Shown one piece after another: positions 35,214 to 38,747 of a DNA stretch of 38,747 nucleotides. Under the pieces are notes generated by a model. The model searched no databases and had not been told where the DNA came from. It saw only the letters and a list, made by a program, of their open reading frames with translations. Origin of the DNA: Azolla caroliniana (taxonomy: Eukaryota; Plantae; Polypodiophyta); the NCBI GenBank assembly GCA_043228905.1, contig JBHGNT010000292.1, positions 1 to 38,747 of the forward strand. Direction: 5' to 3'. The first letter of the stretch is position 1. Each line of letters starts with the position of its first letter. The position numbers were made by a program, and so were the translations under genes.

Positions 35214-38200
35214 TCATGTTAGCTGTGGTCTATTAGTTCTTGTAGCATATTTTGTGATAAATCGACGCATGTCCTTGGCTTTCTTGTCTGGAGTAAGGCC
35301 AGCTTGTTTAATTCTGTCATAAATAAGCACAGCCTGGGATAAAATCAAGATTAGCCTTAAATACCATTACAGTATCCTTATTATATTGAACACCACCAAA
35401 TACTAACATTAAATCTCCTCACACTATCCTTTTGGTATTGCACACCACATCATACCTCATCAAATTTCTCAGCCTTGATGAAGCCCTTCATTAGGGTTGT
35501 ATACGTCACCAGGTCTGGCGTCATTCCCTAATCCAACCAACCATTCAGATATCAGCAAAGTTTGATAAATTTAACTACATGAGACCGTCTTAATATCTGC
35601 GCTTTCTTCCAAATAACCAGTGTCAGGTCTAAGCTATCAAATACATTTGACATATTGGTACCCTCTTGAAATTAAGTTCTTTTTTAATCTGCAACACATA
35701 ATCATATAAGAGACAACGAACTAGTCATCAGGATCATTTCTGCCCTAGTCATAGTCAAGTTGAATTTGCATTTAGCTTTTACATGCAAACTAGTGAAATG
35801 TTGCCACCAAGCTGTTCAGTCGAATTATGTTGAGAAACTTAAGACAGTGTTCAGTTTTTTTGACAATGCCAGTCTATTCCTTCTTTTACAGGATCACAAC
35901 ATTATTATCATTCCCAATAAAATAACCTTGCGAACATTATTATTATTATTAGTTCAGAAACCAGAAAATGAGATTCCAACCCTCCATGTTTGCTCTTAGA
36001 GATCATTGTTCCACAAAGAGGCCAAAGGAGAACGAAGATTAACATCATCAATGTGAACCTTTTATGGGCGATGGAATAGCATGTGAAATTTCAATCCATT
36101 CAAATACAATTCAACCAAGGTCAAAAGACAATAACCTTTCAATATTAAAGAAGTCAAAAACATTTTTCATGCTCACAAGAGGAGGATGCCAAAGCGGTTC
36201 AGTGGAGAAAGGTGAAGTTTGGTTGCGTACAAGTTTAAGTCCAAATTCGCTGCTTTTTAATATGTATTTACCTTTAAATCTTGTGATCCTGCAAGGCATT
36301 TTTAGAAACTACAAGTTCTGCCCTTTCTTTGCAACCAATGAAGTTTGCCATGTCAACATCAGATTCCAATCACCCCTTGCGAGCAGGGTTTAGGGCATTG
36401 TTTTGTCTAGAATTTACTCTGCTTTAAAAGCTACCATAAGCTGTCCATGATGGGTAGGTGATGATGCTTCCTAAACATTAGTCACAGGGGATGTCATCTG
36501 CTGTTTCAAGTCGCCTTTTCGGAATGCATAATTAAGACAAGCAAGACCCAATTTTTTATTTTTTTACTAAATTTCCCAGTTTTTCCCCGTTTTCTATTCT
36601 CTTTCTGCCCTCTAAATTTAAGAATTAAACATATTTAAAATCAAAGAATAAAAATATATAATGTATATGCTTAAGCATCATTCCCATATGGCTTCCAAAT
36701 TTTCCATCCCACTTCTATTTCCACATATCAAGAACCCTAGATTAAATTATTTACTATCAGTAAAGCTATATAAATTCAAATCCATAATTACCCCTTCCAA
36801 TTTTCAATAAGGACATTTAGTATCAAGGAAATTGGATGAGCTTACATTTTGAAGCATGTAATCAAGCACAGACAATCCCTCTTCTGGCTTAGCTGCTACA
36901 CTGAAGGAGTTTAACAAGGAATTCAGCATGACTATAGTTGCCCCAATGCCATCGGCTTCCATTTTTTTGAAGACGGCCATAGCTTGCTCACAAAGTCCCT
37001 GTGCAATAATAAAACAACCAAGGAGTTACAAATGCAAACGCCATCAGATTTTATTGCAAACGAAAGAAACAAACACAACATCCAACATTGCTTAACATTG
37101 CTTCAAACAACAAAAGTATTTGATTAATCCCATGATTCTAAACAGGTGATTTGAAAAGCATATCACAAAACCTAGATTCAAAATAGAAACATCCTCATAG
37201 CTTCATGCAAACTGCGAACAAACTCAGAGCCTTCAACGTTGTACTACCTGATCGGCTCATACAATGACTTGAAGCCCTTGGCATCCCAGTAAATATGCAA
37301 TGAGTCACATAAATTTATGCATAAATGGATCTGCCAATTCTGCCTTTGAGGTTCGATTTGGAAAAATGTTATGCTTGCCATTCTGCTGTTTTTTATAAAA
37401 TAAGAGGGTGGTGCCACTGCCTCTTCAAACAAGGCTCCAGCCTACAAAAAACGGCAATGGAATATAAAGATCAACCGTGCTTGGGACGCTTCTTACTAGA
37501 ACTCAAGGGCCATAGAGAAAATTTGTTGAGGGACAAGAATGCAACTACAACTCATCAATGAAGAGCCATCACAACTTTCATTGACTTCATCCTTCCTCAC
37601 ACTACAGGTCAATCAAGGGCTACACAAGTGGGATATCGACCACAACACTCGAAACAGTCCATAGAACAGGCAATAGCAATGAGTCATACACATTGTACAC
37701 AGCCATCTGAACCAGCTCCCTCACCTTCTTTAACGACAAATAAAGACCATTATCACCCAGCACCCTCACATTGGAGATCTCTCCATATTGAATCGGACAA
37801 GGATGGAAATATTTTGAAGGCGAACGTTTCAGTCTATTGAAATTTCGAATCTTAAGTGCCTAGTTATCTAGATTTTTGTGTAGCCTTTAATTTGGTTTGT
37901 TGTTCTCAGAAATAAGACAGCATTTTAAGATGTAATCTCGTGTTCAGTCTCATAGGCCACTCTTAAAACACATTAATATGTCTTTCTTTCTTTCTTGCCA
38001 ACCATTACCAATTCTTGTTCTCACCATTTGTCATATGAAACTACATTTTCTCTTGTAGCATTTCCAATCCTCCTGCAATTTAAGAGTTTGTTTCAGCTTT
38101 ATATTAATATAAATAATCTTGGCATTGTGTTTGGAAGGTTTTTAGAAATTGGTTAGCAATGATTATGAGGAGATGTAAACTCATAAAGAAAGTTCACAAA

Positions 38201-38747
38201 CCAGGATTCTACCACTTATTGAAAAGTGATTGGCACTGTCATGAAGAATATATTCGCGCTGGATATATGGAAGCAATTATTCTAGAGTACTTCTATTACA
38301 CATCATTATAAACATAAGCAGTACAAAATTCACATACCTGTCGAGCATACGCATTTGCTAATGCACAATAAACACTTGCTTCAGGCTTTGATGATCGTGT
38401 TCTCATCGTCTCCAAACACTCAAAGGCATCCTGAAATCTCCCAGATTGACCGTATACATCAACTAATGTAGTATATGTAACAGCATTTGGAACAATGCCA
38501 ATGCCCTTCATGTCTTCAAGAATGCACTTGAGTTCGTCCCAACACTTTAGGCACCCTAACCAATATATGAGAATGTTGTAAGAGTGGGAACTCGGCTTAC
38601 ATCCTTCTTCTTTCATCGTAGAAAAGAGTTGCAATGCCATATTTGTTTCACCTGCCCTAAAATGGCACTCTATAAGTGAGTTCCATGTTATTACATCAGG
38701 TTCTATGCCCTCGGATCTCATTTTCTTGAATAGTTCCCGTGCTTTTT
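35214..38747 (-). CDS. P-class PPR protein, CRP1/At5g42310-like, 5'-partial
   Basis: Minus-strand GT-AG exons >38747-38338, 36998-36846, 35527-35456, 35333-35214 give ..PNAVTYTTLVDVYGQSGRF..YCALANAYARQ|GLCEQAMAVFKKMEADG..LDYMLQN|GMTPDLVTYTTLMKGFIKAEKFDE|AVLIYDRIKQAGLTPDKKAKDM..stop. This resembles the CRP1-family C-terminus; orthology versus paralogy is unresolved. Confidence 0.88.
37244..37996 (+). mobile_element. Internally deleted or decayed LINE 3' portion with (TTTC)n tail, in an intron of the CRP1-like gene
   Basis: CYACHSAVFYKIRGWCHCLFKQG..MEYKDQPCLGRFLLEL C-terminal remnant. Ends ggccactcttaaaacacattaatatgtctttctttctttc. Confidence 0.8.

Overview
Eukaryotic, intron-rich land-plant nuclear DNA, probably a fern or other seed-free vascular plant (inferred from the PPR/DYW style). 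Four genes are supported. (1) The 3' six exons of a plastid ECF-T/CbiQ-type ABCI12 homolog (+). (2) An intronless 825-aa PLS-class PPR gene (+). (3) A 25-exon, ~969-aa At5g58100-like protein (+) with a U12-type intron. (4) The 3' four exons of a CRP1-like P-class PPR gene (-). Introns and spacers carry at least 7 fragments of one LINE family with a (TTTC)n tail, a decayed Ty3/gypsy pol with a nested intact hAT-type MITE, a long fold-back hairpin and several tandem duplications. The most notable observation is a 494-bp LINE 3' fragment inserted in the E2 motif of the PLS-PPR gene, where it supplies the stop codon. The cut-off DYW (WW-type) deaminase domain is still readable downstream but is full of stops and frameshifts, while the PPR array is fully open. 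This looks like a DYW RNA-editing factor converted into a deaminase-less E-type factor. All homology calls are from motif recognition by eye; no searches were run.
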